Positions 20,198 to 29,749 of a DNA stretch of 64,000 bases are shown here, piece by piece. The DNA comes from an uncultured Bacteroidales bacterium (GTDB lineage Bacteria > Bacteroidota > Bacteroidia > Bacteroidales > VadinHA17). The translations under genes were made by a program, and so were the position numbers. The stretch lies in contig CAWDYR010000029.1 of assembly GCA_963806555.1 (NCBI GenBank), forward strand, positions 25,524 through 89,523, written 5' to 3'. The notes below the pieces were generated by a model, which was not told the DNA's origin, searched no databases, and saw only the letters and a program-made list of their open reading frames with translations. Positions within the stretch are counted from its first letter, which is position 1. Each line of letters begins with the position of its first letter.

Positions 20198-20962
20198 ATG
20201 GAAAAAGTAAAAACACATGAAGCTGAAATTTCTGTAGAGGAGAGGCTCAGAGCATTATATGGCCTGCAGTTGGTTGATTCAGAAATAGACAAGATTAAAA
20301 CCCTCAGAGGCGAGCTGCCACTTGAGGTCCAGGACCTGGAGGATGAAATTGCAGGTCTTGAGACAAGACTTGGGAACCTGCGCGAAGAGGTCGTTAATCT
20401 GGATAAGGCGGTTTTAAAAAAGAATAATGAGATAACCGATGCAGAAGCTCTTATTAAAAAGTACGAGGAACAACAGAAGAATGTAAGAAATAACAGGGAG
20501 TTTGATTCACTCTCGAAAGAAATTGAATATCAGAATCTTGAAATTGAACTTTTCAACAAGAAGATCAGGGAATTCAACGTTCAGATTGAAGAAAAGAAGG
20601 TTGTGATTGCGGAATCCGAGGCTACCCTGGCCGACCGTAAATCGGATCTTGACAACAAAAAAGCCGAACTGGACGAAATTATTTCCGATACCCAGAAAGA
20701 AGAGGAAGGCTTATATAAGAAATCTGAAAAAATACAATCACTTATCGAAGAAAGGCTGCTGACAGCATATAAGAGGATAAGGACAAATGCAAGAAACGGG
20801 CTGGCTGTCGTACCTGTACAGCGGGATGCATGCGGAGGCTGCTTTAATCAGATCCCGCCCCAGAGACAGCTTGATATCAGGTCGAGGAAAAAGATAATAG
20901 TCTGCGAATATTGCGGAAGGATCCTGGTTGACGATGAGATAATAAGCGAAAGTCATTTGTAA
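20198..20962 (+). CDS. coiled-coil protein with C-terminal C4 zinc ribbon (COG1579-like)
   Basis: The start abuts the Nif3 stop. Long coiled coil, then CGGC...CEYCG. Nif3 paired with this gene is a conserved arrangement. Confidence 0.75.
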   Translation: MEKVKTHEAEISVEERLRALYGLQLVDSEIDKIKTLRGELPLEVQDLEDEIAGLETRLGNLREEVVNLDKAVLKKNNEITDAEALIKKYEEQQKNVRNNREFDSLSKEIEYQNLEIELFNKKIREFNVQIEEKKVVIAESEATLADRKSDLDNKKAELDEIISDTQKEEEGLYKKSEKIQSLIEERLLTAYKRIRTNARNGLAVVPVQRDACGGCFNQIPPQRQLDIRSRKKIIVCEYCGRILVDDEIISESHL

Positions 20963-20985
20963 ATTCTTTTTATTTATAATATAAA

Positions 20986-21013
20986 CAGGCTGTCTAATAT
21001 GGGCAGCCTTTTT
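20986..21013 (+). terminator. rho-independent terminator after the zinc-ribbon gene
   Basis: Stem AGGCTGTC / GGCAGCCT (one G-U pair) with a 7-nt loop, followed by TTTTTG. Confidence 0.6.
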
Positions 21014-21164
21014 GTTTGCCTACGCAGTCTCCTCTTGTTTGGTAAGCTCTGAAGGAGCTTAAAATGAGGCTTGATTAACCTTCTCCTAAGGTTTATAAGA
21101 GGAGTAGTTTGTGGAGAGACTATCCTTTAAAGCTGGCAAAATTGGCCCTGTTTGGGGTAAGTGA

Positions 21165-21332
21165 GATCCCTCGCTGGCGCTCGGGATGACAGGGCATTTT
21201 AATTATTTGGGGGAGGGAAGCAGGGGCGTTTCCTTTGAATTTTTCTTATCTCTGAATACTCGTTCGAAACGCCCCTGCTTCCCTCCCCGATCTAAAAAAG
21301 CAACATTGTCATCCCGAACGCAGTGAGGGATC
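21165..21332. repeat. composite nested palindromic element (REP/MITE-like)
   Basis: Inner perfect 23-bp inverted repeat 21210-21232 / 21266-21288 (GGGGAGGGAAGCAGGGGCGTTTC). Outer imperfect ~26-bp inverted repeat GATCCCTC...GGGATGACA (21165-21191 / 21307-21332). Confidence 0.8.
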
Positions 21333-21426
21333 TGTCTGAACTGCGTTGAACTATTCTTTTAAAAATGAGTAATTTTGGATACTTTTGAGACAACTTCCTT
21401 TACATTTAAACAAAATCCAGCTCAAA

Positions 21427-22386
21427 ATGACCACTGCTGAATTCAGGAGGATGATATCCGAAGGGATACCCCGGGTATTGCCTGAACGGAAACCTTATGA
21501 CAGAAATCTGAATCATGCTCCGAAGAGAAAAGATATACTTTCACCGGAAGAGAAAAAACTCGCTGTGAAGAATGCTCTGCGATATTTTCCCCTGGAATTT
21601 CACAAAGTACTTGCCAGGGAATTTGCACAAGAACTTGCTGAATATGGAAGGATTTATATGTACAGGTTCCGGCCTGACTATAGTGTAAAAGCCCGTCCAT
21701 CTGAAGAGTTCCCCCACAGGTCAAAACATGCTGCCGCCATAATGCTTATGATCTCAAACAACCTTGATCCCGATGTGGCTCAGCATCCAGATGAACTGAT
21801 CACCTATGGAGGTAACGGCGCTGTGTTTCAGAATTGGGCCCAGTACCGCCTTACAATGAAGTACCTTTCGGAAATGACTGATGACCAGACTCTCGTAATA
21901 TATTCCGGTCATCCGCTTGGCCTTTTTCCTTCCCACCGGGATGCACCGCGCCTTGTTGTTACAAACGGCATGGTGATCCCAAACTACTCCTCTCAATACC
22001 ACTGGGAGAAGTTCAACGCACTCGGAGTGTCACAGTACGGACAGATGACGGCCGGGTCATACATGTATATCGGGCCCCAGGGAATAGTTCACGGTACGAC
22101 CATTACCCTTCTCAATGCATCCAGGAAGATTGAAGGAAGGAGCGAGGCAGGAAAGTTGAAGCTATTTGTATCGTCGGGTCTTGGAGGAATGTCCGGCGCT
22201 CAACCAAAGGCTGCCGTTATTGCCGGACTCATTTCAGTAATTGCAGAGGTGAATCCTATGGCTGTTAACAAGCGATTTTCCCAGGGCTGGGTTGACGAGG
22301 TAATTGATAATATGGATTCACTGTTGAAAAGGGTTGTTGCAGGCAAAAAGGGAGAACCGGGCTGTTTCGATAGGTTACGTCGGTAA
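21427..22386 (+). CDS. hutU: urocanate hydratase, N-terminal fragment (frame break ~22350 in an A5G3 run)
   Basis: HutU-like sequence ...ELITYGGNGAVFQNWAQY...GQMTAGSYMYIGPQGIVHGT.... ATG 21427 is preferred over the TTG at 21385. Confidence 0.9.
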   Translation: MTTAEFRRMISEGIPRVLPERKPYDRNLNHAPKRKDILSPEEKKLAVKNALRYFPLEFHKVLAREFAQELAEYGRIYMYRFRPDYSVKARPSEEFPHRSKHAAAIMLMISNNLDPDVAQHPDELITYGGNGAVFQNWAQYRLTMKYLSEMTDDQTLVIYSGHPLGLFPSHRDAPRLVVTNGMVIPNYSSQYHWEKFNALGVSQYGQMTAGSYMYIGPQGIVHGTTITLLNASRKIEGRSEAGKLKLFVSSGLGGMSGAQPKAAVIAGLISVIAEVNPMAVNKRFSQGWVDEVIDNMDSLLKRVVAGKKGEPGCFDRLRR

Positions 22387-23440
22387 TATAGTTGAAGTGT
22401 GGGAGCACTTTGCAGCCGGAGGGATTAAAGTTGATATCGGATCGGACCAGACTTCGCTTCATAACCCGTGGGCAGGAGGGTACTATCCGGCTGGGCTTTC
22501 ATTTGAAGAATCCAACAGAATGATCGTGGCTGATCCGGAAAAATTCAAAGAGCATGTTAAGGAATCATTGCGGAGACAGGTAAGAGCAATTAATAATCAT
22601 TGCGCAGGAGGAACATATTTCTTTGACTATGGAAATGCATTTCTGCTCGAAGCTTCAAGAGCCGGAGCAGATATTCTGGATACATCTGGCGGGTTCAGAT
22701 ATCCGTCTTATGTTCAGGACATTATGGGACCGATGTGCTTTGATTACGGATTCGGACCGTTCAGATGGGTCTGCTGCTCCAACAACAGTGCCGATCTGGA
22801 GATAACCGACAGAATTGCTACCGAAACTCTGGAGAAGATAATGACAACTTCGCCGGAGGAGATAAGGCAGCAGATGGCTGATAATATACACTGGATAAGG
22901 GAGGCTGGAAGGAACAGGCTGGTTGTCGGATCGCAGGCGAGGATCCTGTATGCTGACGCTGAAGGCAGAATCGCCATTGCCAGGGCATTTAATGATGCAA
23001 TTGAGCAAGGAATAATCTCAGCTCCTGTGGTAATAGGAAGGGATCATCATGATGTTTCGGGAACTGACTCTCCGTACAGGGAGACTTCCAACATTTATGA
23101 CGGCTCAAAATTCACTGCGGATATGGCGGTCCAAAATGTAATTGGCGATGCATTCAGGGGTGCAACCTGGGTATCGCTTCATAATGGCGGCGGAGTAGGA
23201 TGGGGGGAGGTGATCAATGGCGGATTCGGAATGGTGCTTGACGGGACGAAGGAAACGGAAAACAAGCTCATGATGATGATTCAATGGGATGTGAACAATG
23301 GGATTGCACGAAGAAGCTGGGCACGGAACGAAGGCGCTTTGTTCACTATTGAGAGGGAAATGAAGAGAACTCCCGGGTTGAAAGTTACAGTTCCCTATAT
23401 TGCAGATGATAAGATGATTGAAGAATTATTTTTGGAGTGA
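22334..23440 (+). CDS. hutU: urocanate hydratase, C-terminal fragment
   Basis: ...SIGYVGNIVEVWE...GSDQTSLHNP...RDHHDVSGTDSPYRETS... continues the HutU sequence. Confidence 0.9.
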   Translation: MLQAKRENRAVSIGYVGNIVEVWEHFAAGGIKVDIGSDQTSLHNPWAGGYYPAGLSFEESNRMIVADPEKFKEHVKESLRRQVRAINNHCAGGTYFFDYGNAFLLEASRAGADILDTSGGFRYPSYVQDIMGPMCFDYGFGPFRWVCCSNNSADLEITDRIATETLEKIMTTSPEEIRQQMADNIHWIREAGRNRLVVGSQARILYADAEGRIAIARAFNDAIEQGIISAPVVIGRDHHDVSGTDSPYRETSNIYDGSKFTADMAVQNVIGDAFRGATWVSLHNGGGVGWGEVINGGFGMVLDGTKETENKLMMMIQWDVNNGIARRSWARNEGALFTIEREMKRTPGLKVTVPYIADDKMIEELFLE

Positions 23441-23456
23441 TTCCAAAAAAGATACT

Positions 23457-23939
23457 CTACCGCCGTTCCAGAAGAACAACAGCCATTGCAGCAATACCCT
23501 CCTCACGGCCGATAAAGCCAAGCTTCTCGGTAGTGGTCGCTTTTATAGAGATATTCTCCGGGTGGGTTTCAAGAATCGCTGATATAACATTTTTCATCTC
23601 AGGAATATAACCAGCTATCTTAGGCTTTTGCAGGCAGACAGTACAATCAAGATTAACGACCGAATATCCTTTTTTGCTTAAAAGGAAGAAGGTTTTCTTT
23701 AAAAGGATCTTGCTGTCTATTTTTCTAAATTCGGGATCCGAATCAGGAAAATGATGACCGATATCTCCCAGTCCCGCAGCGCCAAGGAGAGCATCACAGA
23801 TTGCATGCAGGAGAACATCTCCGTCGGAATGAGCAACAGAGCTGTGTTCCGAGGGCACCGGGATGCCTCCCAGCCACAGTTCAGGACCGGGTTCAAGCTG
23901 GTGAAAGTCGATCCCCTGTCCGATCCTTAAATTATTCAT
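23457..23939 (-). CDS. ispF: 2-C-methyl-D-erythritol 2,4-cyclodiphosphate synthase
   Basis: IspF motifs GIDFHQL...AHSDGDVLLHAICDALLGA...GDIGHHFPD. The start overlaps the porV stop (TGATG). Confidence 0.95.
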   Translation of the reverse strand: MNNLRIGQGIDFHQLEPGPELWLGGIPVPSEHSSVAHSDGDVLLHAICDALLGAAGLGDIGHHFPDSDPEFRKIDSKILLKKTFFLLSKKGYSVVNLDCTVCLQKPKIAGYIPEMKNVISAILETHPENISIKATTTEKLGFIGREEGIAAMAVVLLERR

Positions 23940-25099
23940 CAGTTTGCAGTAGTTCCGTTCCGCATCGCGTTTATATCGAACGACATTGAAAAACGGAGCG
24001 TCCTTGCGAGAGGATGATTCTGTGCAAGGGGCATCAGGTATGAGAAATCAATTGTGAATCCCTTAAGTTTGAATCCTGCGCCGGTGGTAAAGTATTTTCT
24101 GTTGCCTTTGGAAGCATTTTCATGAAAATATCCGCCTCTGATTGCGAACTGGTTGTTATACCAGTATTCGATACCTGTGGAATAGGTTATCTCATGAAGC
24201 TCCTCCTTGAATCCGCCTGGTGCATCATAAAATGACTGGAATATTGCCACCGGTACCGAAACATTGGGATCTTTCCCGTCGATTATCTCCATATCGTTGT
24301 TATAGATAGGAGGCGTGGGCACCAGAAGCTTATTAAGGTCAAGGGTAAGGGAGAGTTTGTTGAAGTTATCCAGATTGATTGTTGCGGCTGAGCCAAGACG
24401 CATATCCATGGGAATGAAATCGGATGTCTGCCCGTCGGAGTAACTCATTTTTGCTCCCAGGTTGGAAAAGTTAAATCCGAACCCGATTTCTGATTCCTTG
24501 CTGAAAAGGGTAATATCTTTATTATTGTAATATCCCGAGATATCGGCTGCGAAGGAAATGCCTGGTTTTGTTGCATCGCCGCCTGAATAGGAGCCTCCAG
24601 TCAGGTTTGAATAAATAAATCTGAATGCGATACCGCCTGAAAAATGCTCGGCAAAGATTCTGGAATAACCCAGATCGAAAGCCAGCTCATTGGGTTTGAA
24701 GGTACGTTCAAGGTCCCCGTAGTCATTGGTGAATGGTACGTCACCCAGTGACGAATAGAGAAGGCTTGCGCTGGCAACCTGCTTGTTATCTATCCTGTAG
24801 TACCCCGTAAGATAGGCGATATTGATATCAGGGACCAGGTTCCTGAGCCATGGAGAGTATGATATCCCTACTCCACCTTTTCCGTCAATAAAGGCATATT
24901 TCGCAGGATTCCAGTGCTGGCTGTAGACATCAGGGGTAGTAGCCACGCCTGCATCGCCCATAGCTCCTGCCCTTGAGTCAGGTGCAATTGTCAGGAAAGG
25001 TACAACTGTCTGAATAGCATTTAATTCCTGCCCATGAACTTTTGCTGCACCGGCAAATACCAATGAGAAAAGAACAATAGATAAAGTTTTTTTCTTCAT
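23939..25099 (-). CDS. porV: type IX secretion system outer-membrane channel protein PorV (LptO)
   Basis: Signal peptide plus the PorV signature ...VVPFLTIAPDSRAGAMGDAGVAT.... Beta-barrel pattern, and located downstream of porU. Confidence 0.9.
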   Translation of the reverse strand: MKKKTLSIVLFSLVFAGAAKVHGQELNAIQTVVPFLTIAPDSRAGAMGDAGVATTPDVYSQHWNPAKYAFIDGKGGVGISYSPWLRNLVPDINIAYLTGYYRIDNKQVASASLLYSSLGDVPFTNDYGDLERTFKPNELAFDLGYSRIFAEHFSGGIAFRFIYSNLTGGSYSGGDATKPGISFAADISGYYNNKDITLFSKESEIGFGFNFSNLGAKMSYSDGQTSDFIPMDMRLGSAATINLDNFNKLSLTLDLNKLLVPTPPIYNNDMEIIDGKDPNVSVPVAIFQSFYDAPGGFKEELHEITYSTGIEYWYNNQFAIRGGYFHENASKGNRKYFTTGAGFKLKGFTIDFSYLMPLAQNHPLARTLRFSMSFDINAMRNGTTAN

Positions 25100-25167
25100 G
25101 TTGATTTTTATCTAGTTAAGATTTTGCAAATATAAAACAAATTTTTTGGCCAGTTATTGTGCATAAG

Positions 25168-27675
25168 CTATAAAATGATCATTCTTCCTGATATAGAGGC
25201 AGTTTCACCGCCCGAAGTCCTCACTGTAACTCTGTAGGGATATACACCTTTTCCTGCGCGTTTTCCGCCTGAATCATTTCCGTCCCATTCAACCGGAAAA
25301 AGATTGTAGCCTGCCGATATGACTGAGGTGTTTATTATTCTTATAACCTGGCCATTAAGGCTGTAAATAGTGATAGTAACATCCAAATTTTCATCAGGCC
25401 TGTTATGCCCTGCACTTATTTTTGTGGCAGCGCCCGCAGGATTAGGATAATTGATCAGATTATTCAAAATAAACTTTTTCCCTGTGTCGACAAGAAACAA
25501 TAAGGAAATCTCCGATGAATTGTTGAAATTATCCCAGGCCTTTAACGACAGGGTATGCTGGCCCACTGTCAGCCCTGAAAAATAGTAGATTACCTTTCCT
25601 TTGAAGGGACTTCCGGGATCGTATTCAAAATAGTTATTCAGAACTATGTTATTGTTCCTGTCCTGATCGAGCCAGCAGGCAAGGTCGTGGCCAAGTCCCG
25701 TTCCTGACGTGTTGATCCCTCCCGGGTCCTCAATGATAGCATACAGCCCCGGATTCCGGTCGGTTATTCCACCTTCCCTGAAAAGTGTATCGTTAAGGAA
25801 GAGGCTTATTTCAGGGCCTGTCGTGTCAGTAACAGTATTATTGCTGAATCCGCCCGCGATAATCCGGTCAAAGACACCGTTCATGTCGATGTTCCGGTCA
25901 GACGCATAATAGCTTATCTTTCCACTGCCGTATGTGTAATTGATATCACGCGGGACTAAGAAAGTGAAAGTAAATTTTCCATCCTTTACAGTTGTCGTAC
26001 CGCTGAATATAGTATTATCCTGAAGGCTGAAATTCACTTTCTGACCGCCATCGTTGGCAAGAGTCTCTATCTCTGAAGGCTTATCATAAACAACCGGGGT
26101 GACTAGTCCGTTAAATCCGGTGAGGGCTTCTCCATTCAGATCCTCAATGTGGCCAGTGATTTTTATTGCGGAAAGGGCTTTCAGAGTATCAATTTGCTGA
26201 TCTGCAGGTACATTGTTTATTGAATCAGTTACTACATTCCCGTGCCAGGGATAAGAAAGTCTTACTGCCGGGTCGCCCAGAAGCACAAAATTACGTTTGT
26301 TGGTACCACTGCCGGACCTGTTTTTTGCAATTCTGATTATGTCGCCGAGCCTCAGAGCTTTCCCATCCGGGTCACGGTCAAATGCGACGTCCATAATATT
26401 CCTGTTCAACAGGTAGTTTGGTGCTGAATAGACAAGCCTTGTTGTCGACATGAGTGCAACAGAACCACCCTCTTTTTTAAACAATATTTTTTCACCCGCC
26501 GAGCTTCTGCCAGTTATCTCACCGGTAACCGTATTTATGTCAATATCATCGAACCTGCTGAACTCACATGTTGCGGTAATGAACAGGGGAAGCCGCGCCT
26601 TGTTGTTCCAGAGGTCAATGTTACCTGTAGTGAGTACCCGCTCATGACCGAGGCTGTTCTCGTTCCCATGCCCTATGTAATTGAATATGAGTGTTCCTGA
26701 ATTGATGCGGTCGTTAATGGCATTTGAGACATCAGGATAAAATTGTCCTGTCGCCGACGTAATCTGTTTATAGGCATCAAAGTAGATCTTATCAACATTA
26801 ACCCATGGGATACTGTCAGCAACAAGATCAGCAAGCCCTTCGGCGTCTGACAGATGGGTGTTGCCATCCTCATCATCAGCCACGATGCAGATATTGTTCT
26901 TCCAGTTCCCCTGATTTGCCGGATCAAGATAACCTGCTATTTTTGAAATGATTATACCTGCCTGAGCTGTGTCTGATACAGGCAGTCTGCCAACACCGAT
27001 ATCCTCCGTTCCGGCATCTTCTCCTTCTCCGTCATCGAGTAAGCCATAAAAATCATCCGACGAAAAAGATGAGATAATGACATTTGAATTTTGCGATTGC
27101 CAGGTAGGTATGAAATCAGGATTACCAGGTGGCGGGGTTTTATTTTCATACGACCCGTCACCAAACAACAAAAGGTATTTTAGCGGATTATCAGTGCCCT
27201 TCTGCTTCAGATACTTCATCCTCAGGAAGTTTCTTATTGCATTTATGTCGGGGATCCCTCCCGAGAACTCATTATAAATCTCTGCAGGAGTGACGACAAG
27301 AGATACCAGGCCGCTGTTTTTATTATGAAAAGACGCCAGTTTTAATGCATGTTTCATAAACAGGGGGTGGGTCACAATTACCATGCCGGCCGGGAGTGAT
27401 GCATGCAGATCCTGATTTGGAAGGGCCCGGGGGTAAATTAATGCCGGTTGGGCGGTATTTGCCGGAACAAAAGCTACAAAGGTCCTGAGAGTATCGGTCC
27501 CGTATTTGAATTTTGTGTTTTCTCCTGATCCGGATACCTGAATTGACCTGGGATTGAAAGGATCCGTTACATCCCAGATCACTAAACCGGCTAACCATGC
27601 TTTTAATTGTGAATTCCGTAACAATTCCTGGTGCAACTGACTTTGAATCAGAATAATGTGTTGTCTGACCATCAA
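25168..27675 (-). CDS. porU: type IX secretion system sortase PorU, C-terminal two-thirds (frame break ~27600)
   Basis: Gingipain/C25-like peptidase region and a C-terminal beta-sandwich. Together with 27323..28588 it gives ~1140 aa, the PorU size. Confidence 0.85.
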   Translation of the reverse strand: MMVRQHIILIQSQLHQELLRNSQLKAWLAGLVIWDVTDPFNPRSIQVSGSGENTKFKYGTDTLRTFVAFVPANTAQPALIYPRALPNQDLHASLPAGMVIVTHPLFMKHALKLASFHNKNSGLVSLVVTPAEIYNEFSGGIPDINAIRNFLRMKYLKQKGTDNPLKYLLLFGDGSYENKTPPPGNPDFIPTWQSQNSNVIISSFSSDDFYGLLDDGEGEDAGTEDIGVGRLPVSDTAQAGIIISKIAGYLDPANQGNWKNNICIVADDEDGNTHLSDAEGLADLVADSIPWVNVDKIYFDAYKQITSATGQFYPDVSNAINDRINSGTLIFNYIGHGNENSLGHERVLTTGNIDLWNNKARLPLFITATCEFSRFDDIDINTVTGEITGRSSAGEKILFKKEGGSVALMSTTRLVYSAPNYLLNRNIMDVAFDRDPDGKALRLGDIIRIAKNRSGSGTNKRNFVLLGDPAVRLSYPWHGNVVTDSINNVPADQQIDTLKALSAIKITGHIEDLNGEALTGFNGLVTPVVYDKPSEIETLANDGGQKVNFSLQDNTIFSGTTTVKDGKFTFTFLVPRDINYTYGSGKISYYASDRNIDMNGVFDRIIAGGFSNNTVTDTTGPEISLFLNDTLFREGGITDRNPGLYAIIEDPGGINTSGTGLGHDLACWLDQDRNNNIVLNNYFEYDPGSPFKGKVIYYFSGLTVGQHTLSLKAWDNFNNSSEISLLFLVDTGKKFILNNLINYPNPAGAATKISAGHNRPDENLDVTITIYSLNGQVIRIINTSVISAGYNLFPVEWDGNDSGGKRAGKGVYPYRVTVRTSGGETASISGRMIIL

Positions 27676-28588
27676 ATGTATTCAGAGTCCTTGCCTGGAG
27701 CCTTACATAATCTATCCAGCTTCTTGCAGAGATTTCGCCGTTATTGAGGAACCTGACTGTAAAAAGAGGTTCAGAAGTTAAGGGTAGCGTTTCCCCGCTT
27801 CTTATTTCACTCTGTGCAAAGGTCCCGGTGGTTGATCCCGGATTAATCGCAGAAACCGCGATATCTTCAAGCAGTGAACCGGAACATGAAAACCGGAATG
27901 ACGATGGAACAGGCGACCTGGCAAGGACACGTATGCTATATTTCACAGGTTCGGATGTTACAACATTTTTGAACCCCGGGTCGATTTCAATGTCCCTTGC
28001 GGCGGCTACCGGCTGGTACCATTCCCTGCCTGATTTGATCAGATTTTCCGCATCAATTTCATGGTTGTAGAGGGCATCGGACACCGAAGAATGGAAGTTA
28101 GCATCCGAAAGAGGCGCTGTTGCAGGCATGACTTTTTTCCCGCCTCCCGACCGGGAGGAAATAAAATAAAAAGCTGTATCGGAATAATAATGTTTTCTAA
28201 AATCATATTCACCTGCTTCATTAAAAACCCATCTATGGGTACCACGGGCATAAAACAAAATGTAATCGCCCTCGTTAAACACCCCATCACCCCCCGTCGC
28301 AGCAAACAGCGCTACTTCCTTCAGGTCATCGGGACCGGTCGCGTCGTTGTAAAATGACAGCTGACCGGTATTGTTTCCAAAGATCACCGGGTTTGAAGGA
28401 TTTTCAAGACCAAGCTGTCTTAATCGTGCAAAATCAATCCGGTATACACCATCCTCTGTAACTCCTATTTTAAACCATTTCCCTGAAGAGAGCACAGATG
28501 ACGGAGCATATTCCTCTTTCATCTCCTGAGCAGTCAGGTTCAGGGTTAAAACAAGCAACAAGGGTAATATGTGAAAATATCCCTTCAT
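27323..28588 (-). CDS. porU: type IX secretion system sortase PorU, N-terminal fragment
   Basis: Signal peptide MKGYFHILPLLLVLTLNLTAQ and PorU N-terminal region. Sequence after ~27600 is out of frame (T4 run). Confidence 0.85.
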   Translation of the reverse strand: MKGYFHILPLLLVLTLNLTAQEMKEEYAPSSVLSSGKWFKIGVTEDGVYRIDFARLRQLGLENPSNPVIFGNNTGQLSFYNDATGPDDLKEVALFAATGGDGVFNEGDYILFYARGTHRWVFNEAGEYDFRKHYYSDTAFYFISSRSGGGKKVMPATAPLSDANFHSSVSDALYNHEIDAENLIKSGREWYQPVAAARDIEIDPGFKNVVTSEPVKYSIRVLARSPVPSSFRFSCSGSLLEDIAVSAINPGSTTGTFAQSEIRSGETLPLTSEPLFTVRFLNNGEISARSWIDYVRLQARTLNTFDGQTTHYSDSKSVAPGIVTEFTIKSMVSRFSDLGCNGSFQSQVNSGIRIRRKHKIQIRDRYSQDLCSFCSGKYRPTGINLPPGPSKSGSACITPGRHGNCDPPPVYETCIKTGVFS

Positions 28589-28704
28589 TATTGCAGGTAA
28601 AGATAAACATGTACTTTTGGTTTTTAATTTATTTTGTAGCTGGAAATCAGAGATCGATAAAATTTAGGGTTGTTACTTACGTTCATAATGCAGTTATCAG
28701 GAAT

Positions 28705-29670
28705 ATGGTAAAAGTATCTGGTCTGATTTTGGTTCTCGTTTTTGCATTTTCTTGTCCGGTTTCAGGTCAGGAGACAAGTTACGGGCAGGGATTTCAGACT
28801 ATAATGGTAAATAATCCTTCATATACAGGTACCGGGGAAGGGATCATGAGGTTGTCGTATCTGAATTTCTACCCTGGCAACAGCTATAATCTTCATTCGG
28901 TGTATTTTTCCTACGACTCTTATTATCCGGCTATTCATGGAGGCGCCGGTCTGTTTGTCTCAGATGACTACCTGGGAGGGATTGTGAATGACGTAAGGGG
29001 GGGGATATCCTATTCTTATTTTTTACAGGCAGGGAAGGAGTTCTATATCAATGCCGGGTTAACAGCCTCTGCCTTTCATCGCGGTTTTAATTTTAATAAT
29101 GCCGTTTTACCTGAACAGATCGACCAGTCAGGGGGCATATCGATACCACCTTCTGAAATTCTTAATAATAAAAGCAGGACAGTTTTTGACATCGGCACGG
29201 GATTCCTTTTTATTTACAGGAATTTTTTCGGCGGATTCGGGATTTCACATCTTGCAGAACCTGATCTTGGGGGAGATGGTGCATCAGCTGACAGGTTAAT
29301 GAGGAAATATTTTGTCAATGCTATTGCCGAATATTACGTTGATAAAAGGAACAATTTGAAAATCAAGCCTTTGATGGCATTTGAACTTCAGAAAAACTAT
29401 TTGTCAGGCTGCATGGGAACAATTATTGAGAGTAATTACCTGTCAGTAAATACATTGATCTTTTACAACACTAACAGGAATATTGACCTGCAGGCAGGAT
29501 TTTCCCTGAAAAGCGGGAGGATCTCATTATTCTATAATTATAAATTCAATTTAAAGGCAGGAAATTCATTAATGCCGTTCTCATTGATTCATCATACGGG
29601 TCTGGCATTCAGTTTAAACAATGTTGAAAAAAGAATTAGCGGGAGGACAATAAATATCCCTCTATTGTAG
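28705..29670 (+). CDS. PorP/SprF-family type IX secretion system membrane protein
   Basis: The internal ATG gives signal MVKVSGLILVLVFAFSCPVSGQ, then the PorP/SprF-type N-terminus (...QGFQTIMVNNPSYTG...) and a beta-barrel pattern. The 28498 start would overlap porU. Confidence 0.8.
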   Translation: MVKVSGLILVLVFAFSCPVSGQETSYGQGFQTIMVNNPSYTGTGEGIMRLSYLNFYPGNSYNLHSVYFSYDSYYPAIHGGAGLFVSDDYLGGIVNDVRGGISYSYFLQAGKEFYINAGLTASAFHRGFNFNNAVLPEQIDQSGGISIPPSEILNNKSRTVFDIGTGFLFIYRNFFGGFGISHLAEPDLGGDGASADRLMRKYFVNAIAEYYVDKRNNLKIKPLMAFELQKNYLSGCMGTIIESNYLSVNTLIFYNTNRNIDLQAGFSLKSGRISLFYNYKFNLKAGNSLMPFSLIHHTGLAFSLNNVEKRISGRTINIPLL

Positions 29671-29749
29671 TTATATTTGATGTCCAAAAATTATTTTTAG
29701 GATTTTAGTGTATTTGAAAGTTCATAAAAGCCATAAAAATTAAGGAGTT

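Noticed and set aside
28498-28704. The upstream extension of the PorP/SprF ORF, which overlaps the porU 5' end.
   Set aside because: The extension is non-homologous. The internal ATG at 28705 immediately precedes a proper signal peptide.
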